NCBI GenBank assembly: GCA_963708075.1
Contig: OY970194.1
Coordinates: forward strand, 5,056,001-5,120,000
Length of the DNA: 64,000 bases
Direction: 5' to 3'
Source: Sedimentisphaerales bacterium
GTDB taxonomy: Bacteria > Planctomycetota > Phycisphaerae > Sedimentisphaerales > Anaerobacaceae
Shown: piece after piece, positions 20,454-31,775 of the stretch
Position numbering within the stretch: position 1 is the first letter of the stretch
Layout: each line of letters starts with the position of its first letter
Notes under the pieces: generated by a model
What the model was told of the DNA's origin: nothing
What the model saw: the letters and a program-made list of their open reading frames with translations, nothing else
Databases searched by the model: none
Program-made: the position numbers and the translations under genes

Positions 20454-22703
20454 TTATGAGCCAAATTGGATTTCTGCCTGCTTTGTTCCCATGGGCAATA
20501 CAAAGCCCCGTTCGGTTCCCTTGACTGCTTGTCCATCGATAGACACCTGCGGCCTCAGCGCGTCCGGCAGCGGAAGCAGAAACCCTTCCGGCGGCGCTGC
20601 ATTGCCGTCGAGACGAAGTTTCGCTCTCTGGCCGGCGACCGTCCACACCGCGTGGAGCGTCCCGAAGTGTGTCGGCAGATTCCGGATTGTCATGCCGGTC
20701 CAATCCGTGAACCAGTCTTCCGGGATGCCCGCCAACAGGACGAGTTGCTGATTGTCCTCGTGGACGAGACAATCGCGCAGGAGCAGGTGGACCTCGGCGA
20801 TAGCCCAACCGTGCGGCATGGCCACGTCGCCATTCCACGTCGTCCTCAGGTGTCTCCAGCCGCCCGAGCCGCTCTTACCGCCCTCGTCGAAGGCGTACCA
20901 TCGCCGCATCTGGGGCTGATCCAGATGGATTTCAAGGGTCCGCCAGCCGGCCTCGCGATTGCCCGCCAGCAGGCTCTGATGCGCCCGGGCCAGCGGGAAG
21001 TATCGCCAGCTCTCGGGCTTCTGCGGCCCGAGACCCTTGAACTCCGCGCACGCCTTGCCCTCGGAGAACGGATACAGCCGGCAGGGCCAGAGGACACAGT
21101 AGCTGCCGTACTTGTCGGGCAGATTGCCGCCGTACGCGAGGTCGTACTTCTCGAACAGCTCCGCCGCAAAGGCGTCATACTGTGCGGCCTCGTCACGACT
21201 GCCCAGTGCATCGGCAAGCACAGCCGCCGCACGCATCCCGGCCAGATCGAATGCCTCCGTGTACGCGGGGTTGTGTCCATCGCATCGCCCGGGCTCCAGC
21301 TCTCTGCGCTTGTCCGCGGGCACGTCGTCACCGAACGTCAGGGCATCCATCTGCACCCAGTGCGGCCCGCCGCTCGTGCGATAGTAGCGGATCATCGCCG
21401 CCAGCTTCTGTGCCGCCGGATACACCCGCTCCAGGCATGCCCGGTCGCGCGTGAATCGCCAGTGCTCCCCCAGTATCCAGAGAATCTGGCCCGGATTATC
21501 CGCTTCAGGGTAGGACCGGCCGTTGAACGGGCGGGCGAGGAAGTACTCGACGGCCTGGGCCGCCAACTCCGCCCGACCCGCCTTCTGCAGGATATTCGCC
21601 ACGTACACGCCGTCGCGGTTGAAGACGTTGTAGTTGACCACCGCCACGTCCGGCGCCCCCTCGTTCATCGCCATTGCCGCGTGGCCGGTGATCGCCGCAA
21701 ACGCCTCCGACCACCGCGCATCGGGCAAGCGAAGCTCGACTCTTCCCGCAAGCTCCCGCCAATAGGCGCGGGCCTCGGAGAAAAGGGTGTAGACGTTCAG
21801 CTCTCGATAGTATTGCAGTCCCGGGTCCGGCTGCAACTCGCCGCCGCTCTCAGGGTTCGGCCTGGCCAGGTCGAACTGGGCCCATTCGCTGACGCCATCC
21901 CACTGGTGCCGCACGGCCCGGCGACCCGGCAGGACCGGGCAGACGAAGTCAAATGTCCTGCTCCGGCCCGGCGTCAACGTTACGCTGAACAGCAACGCCC
22001 CGGAGCAGTCCCCGGCGGCCGAGCCGGCCGACCTCAGCACCGGCATCATCTCGTACGTCGCAGACTGCCCGATCGTATCGGCCTCTGTCACACCTGCGCC
22101 GCTGGCCCGTTCTTTCGCAACGAGGGCGGCCCTGCCATCCACGAGCAACGCATTGCCCCCTTCACCGACGCTCATGCTGTGCACGGCGAATCCGGCGGGG
22201 CCGAGCGGGCGCAGGGCGGCATACAGTGACAGGGTCTTGGGCTCGCCGGCGGTATTTCTCAGTGTCACTCTCGCGCCGACGACGTGGACCCGGCCGGCGG
22301 GTGAATCCCGCAGGACGTGACATAACTCGGTCAGAACAACGACCTCGCCGGCGTTCCACTTCGACCAGGGGATGAGCCAACCGCCTTGAGCCAGGCCGTG
22401 CTCGCAGGGAACGTCCTTCATGGTCGGCGCGAAGAGTCTCTCTGCGGCCCGATCGTACAGCCAGAAATAGATCCCGTACGTGCCGACACCCGGCGAGAAG
22501 TTCCCCTCGGCTTCCACGAAGGTCTTGAGCGAATCGAGCGTGTTGGCGATCCCGATGGGGATATGGATTTCCCCGCGAGGATCAAGGATGGGGAGTGCGT
22601 CATTCCCGGAGACTGCACTGCCGGCAAGAACCAGGATGATCAGCCAGAGCAGAATACCGTGCCCCAGGCGAATCAAGCTGCATGGGGTCGTTCCCCTCTT
22701 CAT
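20454..22703 (-). CDS. Secreted six-hairpin glycosidase-like protein
   Basis: Signal/TM segment; FNRDG...EADNPGQ and C-terminal LLAGIPEDW...NLPTHFG typical of (alpha/alpha)6 glycosidases. Confidence 0.65.
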   Translation of the reverse strand: MKRGTTPCSLIRLGHGILLWLIILVLAGSAVSGNDALPILDPRGEIHIPIGIANTLDSLKTFVEAEGNFSPGVGTYGIYFWLYDRAAERLFAPTMKDVPCEHGLAQGGWLIPWSKWNAGEVVVLTELCHVLRDSPAGRVHVVGARVTLRNTAGEPKTLSLYAALRPLGPAGFAVHSMSVGEGGNALLVDGRAALVAKERASGAGVTEADTIGQSATYEMMPVLRSAGSAAGDCSGALLFSVTLTPGRSRTFDFVCPVLPGRRAVRHQWDGVSEWAQFDLARPNPESGGELQPDPGLQYYRELNVYTLFSEARAYWRELAGRVELRLPDARWSEAFAAITGHAAMAMNEGAPDVAVVNYNVFNRDGVYVANILQKAGRAELAAQAVEYFLARPFNGRSYPEADNPGQILWILGEHWRFTRDRACLERVYPAAQKLAAMIRYYRTSGGPHWVQMDALTFGDDVPADKRRELEPGRCDGHNPAYTEAFDLAGMRAAAVLADALGSRDEAAQYDAFAAELFEKYDLAYGGNLPDKYGSYCVLWPCRLYPFSEGKACAEFKGLGPQKPESWRYFPLARAHQSLLAGNREAGWRTLEIHLDQPQMRRWYAFDEGGKSGSGGWRHLRTTWNGDVAMPHGWAIAEVHLLLRDCLVHEDNQQLVLLAGIPEDWFTDWTGMTIRNLPTHFGTLHAVWTVAGQRAKLRLDGNAAPPEGFLLPLPDALRPQVSIDGQAVKGTERGFVLPMGTKQAEIQFGS

Positions 22704-22717
22704 CCGAGCGAGGTCCT

Positions 22718-23509
22718 TCAAATCAGCCTTTGCGGATCTTTCAATTGCTCCGTGAGGAATTGCAGAAAGCGTGCCGCGTACTCGCCGTGGATGACCCTGT
22801 GATCCACGGTCAGCGACAGGCTCATCAGCCTGCGTACGACGACGCGCCCGTCCAGCGGCACGGCCGCCAGATTGATCTTGCCCGCCGCCAGGATCGTGCT
22901 GACCGGCGGCGGCGCGATCCCAATGAATGAGTCGATGTCGTACGCCCCCAGGTTGCTCACGCCGATCGTCTGGTCCTCCAGGTCCTCCAGCGTCAGTCTG
23001 TTGCTGCGGGCCTTGTCCGTCAGTAGCTTCTCCTCCCTGGCAATCGTGGCCAGCGACTTGTCCTGGGCATTCTTGATGACCGGCACCACCAGCCCCTGCG
23101 GACCGTTGACGGCGAACCCGACATTGATGCCGTCGGCGATCCGGATGACCGCCCCGGCGTCGGGGTCTTGCGGGTCCTGCCACATGAACCGGCCGACCAT
23201 CAGCGGGTACTGCCGGGCCGCCAGAGACAGCGCGTGCATCAGGAACGCGTTGCTGGTGACCTTGACACCGAGGGCCTTGCTCAGGTTGTGCCGCATGCCC
23301 AGGAGCTCTGTCACATCGGCCTTCATCTCCAGGTAAAAACAGGGTTTGCACCGCTTCGAGGCCAGCATCCGCCCGGCAATCAGACGCTGGATGCGCGACA
23401 GCGGGACATGGATGAGCCGCGGATCATGGACCTGTGACGATTGACCAGGGGCGGCGGCATCGGCGAGCGACGCGGGCCTTGTACGCAACACTGACTGCTC
23501 AATCATCAA
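22718..23509 (-). CDS. 2-oxoacid dehydrogenase E2-like acyltransferase, catalytic domain only
   Basis: PLSRIQRLIAGRM, INVGFAV...GLVVPVI, VSNLG, LTVDHRVIHG; no lipoyl domain. Confidence 0.88.
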   Translation of the reverse strand: MMIEQSVLRTRPASLADAAAPGQSSQVHDPRLIHVPLSRIQRLIAGRMLASKRCKPCFYLEMKADVTELLGMRHNLSKALGVKVTSNAFLMHALSLAARQYPLMVGRFMWQDPQDPDAGAVIRIADGINVGFAVNGPQGLVVPVIKNAQDKSLATIAREEKLLTDKARSNRLTLEDLEDQTIGVSNLGAYDIDSFIGIAPPPVSTILAAGKINLAAVPLDGRVVVRRLMSLSLTVDHRVIHGEYAARFLQFLTEQLKDPQRLI

Positions 23510-23748
23510 TAATCCTTAATCAATCCACAGGGCCAATGATCCTTTCAGCCCGATATGATAGCCTCCCCCCGCCGGCCTATGCAAGCATTCCGTTGGCTTC
23601 CATCATGCTCGTGCCTGTGAAGGTTTCAAGGAGCTGAGGATGGGTGGCAGCAGCAAGCGCAGGCTTGCCGATGGCTCACACGAGCGGGGCGTCTGCGCGT
23701 CAAAACAGGCCGGCGAATCGGTGGTCACAATTCCGCTGTCGAGCTGGG

Positions 23749-26256
23749 CTACTTGCTGCCTGCTTCATCGCAGCCGATGTCGGGGCGTCCGCCGAGAATT
23801 CGCGGCTGGCCGTCCATGTCGATCGGGACCAAATCGGCTGTGAACGCGGGATCGCCGGCATCGATGCAGGGCGAGCCATCGCCCAGATGATAGTCCCCGC
23901 CGATCCAGACGGCTGTCTTGTCACCCGGTGTGGCGGGCAGCGTCGGATTGGTTGGGTTGGCCCAATAGCCAGGCATCGCGAATTTCGGGTCAGCGTCGAT
24001 GTTGCCCTCGCCCGGGAAGCCGCCTTGGACGTCGCAATAGCGAACGGTCGGCTCATCGGCTGCAATCTGCGCGCCCCCGCCGCCGACACCGTTGGAGTAG
24101 ATGATGGAGTTGACGATGATGAGTCTGCCTTCCCTGACGCCCTCACTGGCATTGCCGACGATCACGCAATGCGCGATGGTGGCATAGTTGTACTTGATGA
24201 ATCGTCCGGCTTTCGCGGCCGTCATATCGAGGCCGGGTCCGCCGTTGCCTTCGATGATGCAATTAGCCATCGCCGGATTGCCGCTTTCGGCAATCTTGAT
24301 CCCGGCCTGCGCGTTATCCGAGATCCGGCAGTTGAGAATGGTTGGCGAGGCAACACTGCAATAGATGCCCTGCGTCGCCCCGGTAATCGTGAAGCCCGCG
24401 AGGATGCAGTTGGCGTCCTCGCCGCCGGAGAAGGCGACTGCCTGTGCGCCGCCGTCGATGATCGTGGCTGCGACGGCCGCAGGATTGTTGGGGTCTTCGG
24501 AGCAGAGGATCACATTCTTCCCCCCGAAGGTCACGGTCTCCCGGTACGTGCCTGGCGCAGCGACGATGGTATCGCCCTCATTGGCGTCCTGCACGGCCTG
24601 ACAGATGTAGTCGTATCGCGTGCCTTTCCTGAGGTTCTGCACGGGCCCGTCGTCGCTCGTCAGGGCGGGGACCACCAGCTCGATCCCTTCACCTGTCCCG
24701 AGATTCCGCGAGTACTTCTTGTCCGTTGGATTGTTCCAGTGCTCGTGGACGCCGAGGCTCTCGAGCCGCTTGCCGTCGCCGTCGGGGTCGTAGACAGACC
24801 GCGAGGGCGGATCGTTCGCCAGGGCCGCCTCGTGCAGGTAGTTGTCCACGCCCCGGCCCGTACAGTCAGTCGCCTTCGATTCATTCCGCACGAAGTCCAG
24901 CGCCACCGAATCGATGGCCACCGGGTCCTGCGAGATAAAGATGCTCGACGTCCACTTATTGTCGAACGATGCGAACTGCATGACCTCCGCGCTCTGATTT
25001 CGGGCGCCATACACCGCGTCGATCATGTACAGCAGGGTCTTGCCGCCCAGGTGCGGATGGCCCATCAGATCGACGAGGCAGTTGTAGGAGCCCATCGCCA
25101 GATCCCGGCTGCCGAAGCTGTGCAGCGGTGACGGCGTCCAACCGCCGTTGCTCGGCCAGTAGATGGAGCCAAAATGGTTCTTCCAGCAGAAGGTGACGCC
25201 GAACAGAGAGTGTGCCCGCAGCAGGGCCATGTTGATGAGGTACTTGGCCTCCGTCACGGCGCGGGGAGGGTATGCCCTTGCGTTGCCCGGTACGCTCGGA
25301 TTGGCGAAGCGGATGGGGTTGGCCTGGTCATGGGTCGCAGCGATGCGCCCACTTCGCGTCGTGTTGCAGATGAACCGGACACTCTGAAAGTTCGGGTCAG
25401 GATTGCTTCGCATCTTATCGTACAGGGGATCGCCGATATAGCGTGCGGCATCATAGATCGTGATGTCGCCGCCCGACACGCCGACGACGTTGATGAGTTG
25501 ATCGACGACGGTATACAGCATCTGCGGACTGGGCATGCCGGCGTTGGCGCTCCACGTGTTGCCGCTGTCCTGGTTCATATTGATCTTGATGGCGATCTTC
25601 TCGCCCTTGCTGTAGCCGACGTCGCCCAGGCTGCGGGTCCGGTTGAAATACCTGAACAATGCGTCCCACGCGGCGGCATCGTTCGGCTCGCCCGTGAACG
25701 TTCGAAGGGACTTCGAGACCATGTAGTCCACAGCGCCCTGATCAGTACTTGTTTCATCCCACCAGCGGCCGGTCTTGCCGTCCCACAGGGCGGCGCGGGG
25801 CTCGTACATCCAGACGACCCGGCCGGGATAGATCCCCTTGCCGACGCCTATCGGGGAGTTCGCAGGGTCGCTCGGCGCGAAGGCGGCCCCGGCTCTCTCC
25901 TCCTGCGTGGCACTGAGTGACATCCAGATCGCGCCTACCGCGATACCCAGCACCACCGCGGCCGCAAGGTAACGGGTCTGGCCGAGCAATTGTCTCGCCC
26001 GGCGATAGGCCAGCAACGAGGCGAGGATTCCCATCAGCCAAACGACGAAGCCGCCGGCCAGCGGCGCCGCCATTCGCTGGCAGGGATATGTCGCCCGCGA
26101 CGGCTTGGGAATCACCCGGACCAAGAACCAGGCCAGCGAGAGCAGCCCCGTAAGCGGCAGGACCCAGTGAACCCAGCGGCACTTCCCAGCCGTGACAATA
26201 GGACGGCCGGTTTTCGGACATACGCGCAGGTGAGCTGCTTCTCCTTTGCGTGCCAT
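23749..26256 (-). CDS. DUF362 domain protein with C-terminal right-handed beta-helix domain
   Basis: PKPSRATYPCQR, GKGIYPGRVVW, KNHFGS, DPVAIDSV; C-terminal VAAPGTYRE...SPCIDAG...DIGCDE pectin-lyase-like repeats. Confidence 0.8.
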   Translation of the reverse strand: MARKGEAAHLRVCPKTGRPIVTAGKCRWVHWVLPLTGLLSLAWFLVRVIPKPSRATYPCQRMAAPLAGGFVVWLMGILASLLAYRRARQLLGQTRYLAAAVVLGIAVGAIWMSLSATQEERAGAAFAPSDPANSPIGVGKGIYPGRVVWMYEPRAALWDGKTGRWWDETSTDQGAVDYMVSKSLRTFTGEPNDAAAWDALFRYFNRTRSLGDVGYSKGEKIAIKINMNQDSGNTWSANAGMPSPQMLYTVVDQLINVVGVSGGDITIYDAARYIGDPLYDKMRSNPDPNFQSVRFICNTTRSGRIAATHDQANPIRFANPSVPGNARAYPPRAVTEAKYLINMALLRAHSLFGVTFCWKNHFGSIYWPSNGGWTPSPLHSFGSRDLAMGSYNCLVDLMGHPHLGGKTLLYMIDAVYGARNQSAEVMQFASFDNKWTSSIFISQDPVAIDSVALDFVRNESKATDCTGRGVDNYLHEAALANDPPSRSVYDPDGDGKRLESLGVHEHWNNPTDKKYSRNLGTGEGIELVVPALTSDDGPVQNLRKGTRYDYICQAVQDANEGDTIVAAPGTYRETVTFGGKNVILCSEDPNNPAAVAATIIDGGAQAVAFSGGEDANCILAGFTITGATQGIYCSVASPTILNCRISDNAQAGIKIAESGNPAMANCIIEGNGGPGLDMTAAKAGRFIKYNYATIAHCVIVGNASEGVREGRLIIVNSIIYSNGVGGGGAQIAADEPTVRYCDVQGGFPGEGNIDADPKFAMPGYWANPTNPTLPATPGDKTAVWIGGDYHLGDGSPCIDAGDPAFTADLVPIDMDGQPRILGGRPDIGCDEAGSK

Positions 26257-26768
26257 CGTCAATCTCCTCAGATTCCCCCGTTGACTGTACTTGAGAATGA
26301 GTCCCAACCGGCCGGCACGTCAGGACGTGCTCCTCCCTTGTGCGAGCAAGGCCGATCGGCTAGTCACTCACCATTGTACCGAAAGGCGGATCCATGCGCA
26401 GAAAAAAAGCGAGGCCGCCCTCCTCCAGAACGACCCCGCAACCGAAAGAAACCAAAATCCGCTCTGGCCTTGGCCATCACAGATTCCGGCTCTTTTCCAA
26501 AAATAGGGCGGGCATGCTCCTCCTCCGTACGATGTGGGTTTAGGACGCTCCCGCCCTGAGTCGCAAGAATCCATATACAAAAGAACTGACAGACTCATGC
26601 TACCGAGAGTCACTCACCTGGCAAGAAAAAAATTCCTGGATTTGCTAAATAGCCCATTCTCCCGTGGCGATCCTGTGCCACGTCCCCATTTTTATGTCAT
26701 TTCACCGAAATGCGAATGTCAGGTCAGGGACACAAGTGGTGCAGAGAGCCTGGTGTCCTCCGCGTGAC

Positions 26769-28875
26769 TCAGGAACCGCCGACTGGCACGGGACCGGCCT
26801 GCCCCTCCGTACTGCTCTGCTGCCTGTCTGATGTGCCCAGGACGGGATCGGCATCACGCGGGACCGGCTCTATGTACCTGACCGAGGAGTCACGGTTACG
26901 TTTGCTCCACTTGCAGGCCCAAGAGCCGAAGAGCGTGCTGTGCCCGGCCTCTTCCTGGTCGAGCCGGAAGATCGTGCTCCTTCGCCATTGCGCGATCTGC
27001 TGACTCAATTGCTGCGCCTGCTCCTGCGGCAGGTCCATGGCGGACAGCTCCAACGGATCCGTGCTCAAGTGATAAAGGGAGACTTCGTTGTGCGCGGGGT
27101 CATACACGAATTTGCGGTCCTGCTGCACGAAGCCGGCCGGGCCCTCCTGCATCCAGCCCGAGAAATACGTCCTGCGATCCGCGGGCAACGGGTCCAAGGC
27201 GTTGACCCCATCGAAGTGCATCCGGTCGAGGTCAAATCCGAGCAGACTCAGGATCGTCGGGGTCAGGTCCATCGAGGTCACCGGCCCCGTGATCCGCGTC
27301 CCCGGCTCGATCAGATGCGGCGCCCGCATGCACATGGCGATCCGCAGGACCTCCTCGTAGGCCAGACGCTCGTGACCGCTGATGCCGTGCTCCCCGAATC
27401 CTTCCCCATGGTCGCCGACGACACAGAAGATCGTGTCGTCCGTCAGGTGGAGGTTCGCCAGCTCGGCATCCAGCGCCCCCAGAAACCGATCCGTATAGGC
27501 GATCGTCTGCTGATAGCGATCCGGCAGCTCGTCGGCCTTCTGCCCGAACCACGCGGGCACCTGGTACGGGTCGTGTGTGACGGAGCACAAGACGACCAGC
27601 AGGAACGGCTTGTCGTCGGCCTTGATCCACTCGGTGACCGGCTCGAGCATCGCGAACTCGTCACTGCCGAGATAACCGACGAACCGGTTCGGGTCATTCA
27701 GATTCTCACGCGACCAGAACTTGTCGAATCCAAGGTTATGGACGAGCCCCGGCCGGGACTCGAACGTGCCCATCGCCGACTGGAAGAACGCCGTGCGAAA
27801 GCCCATACCCTTCCTGAGAATCGTCGCCAGACTGGCATAGGGTGAATCCATCGGCACCGCTTCCGCAATGTCCTGCGAGGCCGACGGCACCCGGCCGGTC
27901 AGCAGCGCGAACAGCGCCTTGGTCGTATGCGTCACCACGGAGCGGGCATTGGTGAACGCAACCCCCTGGCGCGCCAGCGAAGCCAGGCAGGGCGTCGGCC
28001 CGCCCGCCCCCAAGCCCGCCTGCGGCGCGATTCCGCCCTGCTCGGCCGCCAGAGACGTGCAGTCGTACTGGATGCCTTCGAGCACGACGATTACGACGTT
28101 ATGATTGACCCATCGCGGCTTGAGCTGCACTTCGACCGCGTCGTAGCGAGGCAGCACGCGGGTGGCGTTGTCGAAGTCATCCCGGGCGAGATGGCGGTAT
28201 TCCGGCAGCAGAAAGGCGAGAACGGCCCGCGACTGGCAGTTGAACCGCAGCCCGGCCGTATCCCTGCGCGGGACCCAGCCATTTGACAGCGGCATTGGCC
28301 ATGACCGCCGCCACGCTGATGGCAAGCAACGCGGCGATCCGGACGCAGAACCGCCGGCGGTCATATCGCGGCAGAGGCGGATTGGCCACGACTGAAAAGA
28401 AAAACGCCAGGGCAATCGCGCTGGGCACGAGCAGGACCGCCGCCGCGCCCGGCATGCTCAGCAGGTTGTGCAGCACGATCATGGTGATGTTGATCGGGTC
28501 GCGCACCAGCGGACGCAGCTCCATCGGCAGGATCTGCGTACCCGTGCGAATCATCCAGCCGGCATTCATCACCGACCACGTGCAGATGACCGCCGCGAAG
28601 ATTATGGCGCCCCGGACGACGCGTTTCGTCGGCCAGCGGTAGCAGATCAACGACAGAATCACCTGGATCGTCAAGAGCATGGCGATATCGGTCAGAATCC
28701 AACTGGGGTACTTGAGAAGCTGGCCGTAGCGGATGGCGTGGAAGAATTTCACTGCCAGATTACAGAACAACGCCCCAAACACGATCGCACTGCACGCGCG
28801 CGGCGCCAGAGCATCGCGCACCTGCCGCAGAACCCCCGGCCTCCTCCGGTCAGATTGTGAGGATTGTGTACTCAT
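26769..28875 (-). CDS. LTA synthase/sulfatase-family membrane protein; apparent frameshift near 28268
   Basis: TM N-terminus (MSTQSS...) in one frame; [34 protein letters not shown] and DLTPTIL in the next frame. Confidence 0.82.
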
Positions 28876-29124
28876 GGACAGAACATACCCCAGGCCGCCG
28901 GAAATAGCAACCCGCTTGCCTTTTCCTCTCAACGCTCGCGCCATCCGGCGCCGGTTCATGTGCCGCGCGTTCCCTGCGCGGTAAGACCCCACATCGGCGA
29001 TCCATCCGCCGTCATCCTTATTATACCCGCCGCATGTGCGGGCGTCCCCGGAAAAACAGCCGCGTCCAGCACCTGGACCCACGCCGCGATTGTGGCAGAG
29101 CAGGCATGAGGTGGCACGGGGGCG

Positions 29125-29890
29125 CTGAGCGGGCGCGACGCCAAAGAGGCTGTGGAGCAGCGAGCCGACGGCGTAGGCGAGCGCGGCGGCGACACTTCCG
29201 ATCAGCAACGTCTGCAATCCCGATCGGACGGGCGGACGATTCAGCATCACACCTTTCCCTATGCCCAGGGCGGCAAAGGCCGCTGCAGAGAGCCCGGCGC
29301 TCACCAGGAACAGGTGCTCGCGTGGAAAGGCGGGGAAAATAAATGGAATCAGCGGAATGAAGCCGAACAGGCCGAAGGCGATGAAGGTGACCGCGGCGGT
29401 GCGCCACGGGCTCTCGGTGACCCTCTGCAGGTTCAGCTCCTCCTCGAGCATGGTATCGATCCACACATCCCGATTTCGGATGATCACGTCGACGACCCGA
29501 TCGAGCGTGGCGCCGCGAAATCCCTTGCGGGCGAAGATCTCCCGCACCTCTCGATACTCGCCGAGCGGATAGTTGTCGATCTGCCACGACTCGTCCTGCT
29601 TGGCTTCATCGACCTCTTCCTGTCTGCTCCTGGTGCCGAGGAAATTGCTCACGGCCATGCTGAATCCATCGGCGATCAGGTTGGCCAGGCCGAGAACGAT
29701 GACGACGTCGGTCGAGAGTTGGCCTCCCGCGCTGCCGGCAACTACTGCGAAGGTCGTAACAATGCCGTCCGCTCCTCCCAGGACGGCATCCCCGAGAGGG
29801 CTCTCGCCTCCCCCATAGGCAATGCGCTCGCGGATTTTTTCCGGCCGATGCTCCTCCCACAGGTTCTCGGTTTCTCGTATGCCGCCACAT
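29125..29890 (-). CDS. VIT1/CCC1 family iron/manganese transporter (both ends uncertain)
   Basis: [40 protein letters not shown]; no nearby in-frame start or stop as sequenced. Confidence 0.8.
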
Positions 29891-30137
29891 AGTAAACGAC
29901 GCCTTCGCACATTCCGTTGCGTGTCGAGCAGAGCACGAACGCAAAACCGAAGCAACAGCATGCGCCGGATGTTTTGCGCACACCCGCGCCGGCATGATTC
30001 CTGCCCGGCGGACAGCCCGTTCCGCGTAAGCGCGGACATGCCGCGCTCCCATGTGTAGGCTCTGATTGGCTGCCCAGTTCGTCGAGACCTGTCAGGCACG
30101 CACTCATTCCCTATGAGCGAATCCCTGATTCACACGC

Positions 30138-31640
30138 TCAGCGATATCGCCTCGTGCGGCCTGTGGTCGATTGGCTGTCCTGTCCGGTTGTCCCGCGCGT
30201 GCCCCGCGTGCCGGTCGCCGGATACATGCCGGGCTGCGTGCCCATCCGTTCCTGGCGTTTCTGCTCGCGCTCGTCATCGAGCTTCCATTGTGCGGTGACC
30301 TTGTCCACGCGCAACTGGCGGGCGAGCATGAAGCCCCGGATCGCCGCCGCGGTCTTCTTCGCCGTCTCCTCCTCCGCGATTTCCCGCAGACCCTCCAGTT
30401 CGGCCAGGTCCAGCTTGTGCACGGCGTCGAGCAAACCATCCTTGCTCTCCGGCTTGCCGTTCACCCACGCCTGTACCTGCGCCTGCGTATCCCCGTCCAC
30501 CGGCGGTTTGTTTGGCTCCGCCCGTGCCGCATTTCTGGACATTCTACCGCCAGCACCTCCATATGGGTTGGTCCCGTTCTCCGTCGCCGCTCCGCCCGTC
30601 CTCCCGCGGGTCGTGCGTGCAGCGCCCCTTGTCCGCCCCATCCCCACGGTATCCGTATTCTGCTCCATCGCAGTCCGCCGTTCCTCCAGCAGGGCCTGCG
30701 AGATCGCCACATTCCGCAGCTTGCGCTTGGCGAGGAGCTCATCGACGGCCGGAACCGTCTTCGCGGCCTTCTCCTCCGTTGCGACTTTCTTGATGAACCC
30801 GAGCTCCTCGGTGAACTGCTTGTCCACCAGCCGCACCAGCGCCGCGCGGTTGTCCGTTCTCCGCTGGATCCATCCCTTTTGCTCGACATCATTCTTGTCG
30901 TCGATCGCCTTGATCGCCACGGCCAGCCCCGCGAATCCCTTCACTTCCTCCCGGATTGCGTTCGGGTCGATCGTCACTTCCCGGGTCGTCGCGGGCCTCG
31001 TGACGCCCTGCCCTGCATTCATCGCCTGCTGATCGCCCGCCCCGTCGCCGTAGAGCATGTCCGGCCGCAGGACCACCGGCTCCTTGGCGCCATTCTGGAC
31101 CAATAACTCCGAGATGTCGGCCCGATTGCTCCTGCGAGCGAGCATCAGCGGCGTCTGGTTCAGCCGGTCCTCCGCGTTGACGTCCGCCCCCGCCTTAATC
31201 AGGACCTCGACAACCTCCTTCTGGCCCATGGCCGCTGCCACGTGCATCGCGGTCGTCTTCGACTCATCCTTGACCTTGGCATCGGCCCCGGCGGCCAGGA
31301 GTGCGTCGACGACTTCCTTGTAGCCGCCTTGTGCCGCGCCGATGATGGCGGTCCTGCCGTCGGGGGCCTTGGCATTGGCCTGGGCGCCCGCCTCGATCAG
31401 GAGCTTCACGGCGTCGAGCGCGCCACTGTTGGCGGCATAGATCAGCGGCGGATAGCCGCGCTCGTCCGCCTTATTCACATTCGTCTTCCTCGCGATGTGC
31501 AGCTTGAGCTGTTCGATGTCCGGCTCCCCCGCGGCCGCGTACAGGGATTTGGTGGGCAGCGCGGCATCTTGTGCGAGGACCGGCCCGGCGCCGGCGACGA
31601 ATAACGATACGCTGAGTATGGTGACGATTGCGCTTTTCAC
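30138..31640 (-). CDS. Secreted ankyrin-repeat protein with helical C-terminal region
   Basis: Signal peptide; GYPPLIYAA, TAMHVAA, QTPLMLA ankyrin motifs. Confidence 0.85.
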   Translation of the reverse strand: MKSAIVTILSVSLFVAGAGPVLAQDAALPTKSLYAAAGEPDIEQLKLHIARKTNVNKADERGYPPLIYAANSGALDAVKLLIEAGAQANAKAPDGRTAIIGAAQGGYKEVVDALLAAGADAKVKDESKTTAMHVAAAMGQKEVVEVLIKAGADVNAEDRLNQTPLMLARRSNRADISELLVQNGAKEPVVLRPDMLYGDGAGDQQAMNAGQGVTRPATTREVTIDPNAIREEVKGFAGLAVAIKAIDDKNDVEQKGWIQRRTDNRAALVRLVDKQFTEELGFIKKVATEEKAAKTVPAVDELLAKRKLRNVAISQALLEERRTAMEQNTDTVGMGRTRGAARTTRGRTGGAATENGTNPYGGAGGRMSRNAARAEPNKPPVDGDTQAQVQAWVNGKPESKDGLLDAVHKLDLAELEGLREIAEEETAKKTAAAIRGFMLARQLRVDKVTAQWKLDDEREQKRQERMGTQPGMYPATGTRGTRGTTGQDSQSTTGRTRRYR

Positions 31641-31775
31641 AAAACACCCTTTTCAATGCGGTTGTCCGTACTTGCACGGGCCGCGCCTACGCGGCAGCCC
31701 CGGCCCATCCCCCGTATTATACCCGATTGACGCCGCAAGTGAAGGCAAGCGCACGCCGCGAATCGCACCGTTCGC

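Noticed and set aside
22704..23351. N-terminal extension of the 965-aa ORF 20454-23351
   Set aside because: Overlaps the E2-like gene in another frame; the real start is more likely ATG 22703
28177..30099. 640-aa ORF that seems to fuse a VIT1 transporter to the sulfatase N-terminus
   Set aside because: The linker is not protein-like, the sulfatase part has its own ATG at 28875, and the window has many likely base errors; probably a lost stop codon or chance read-through
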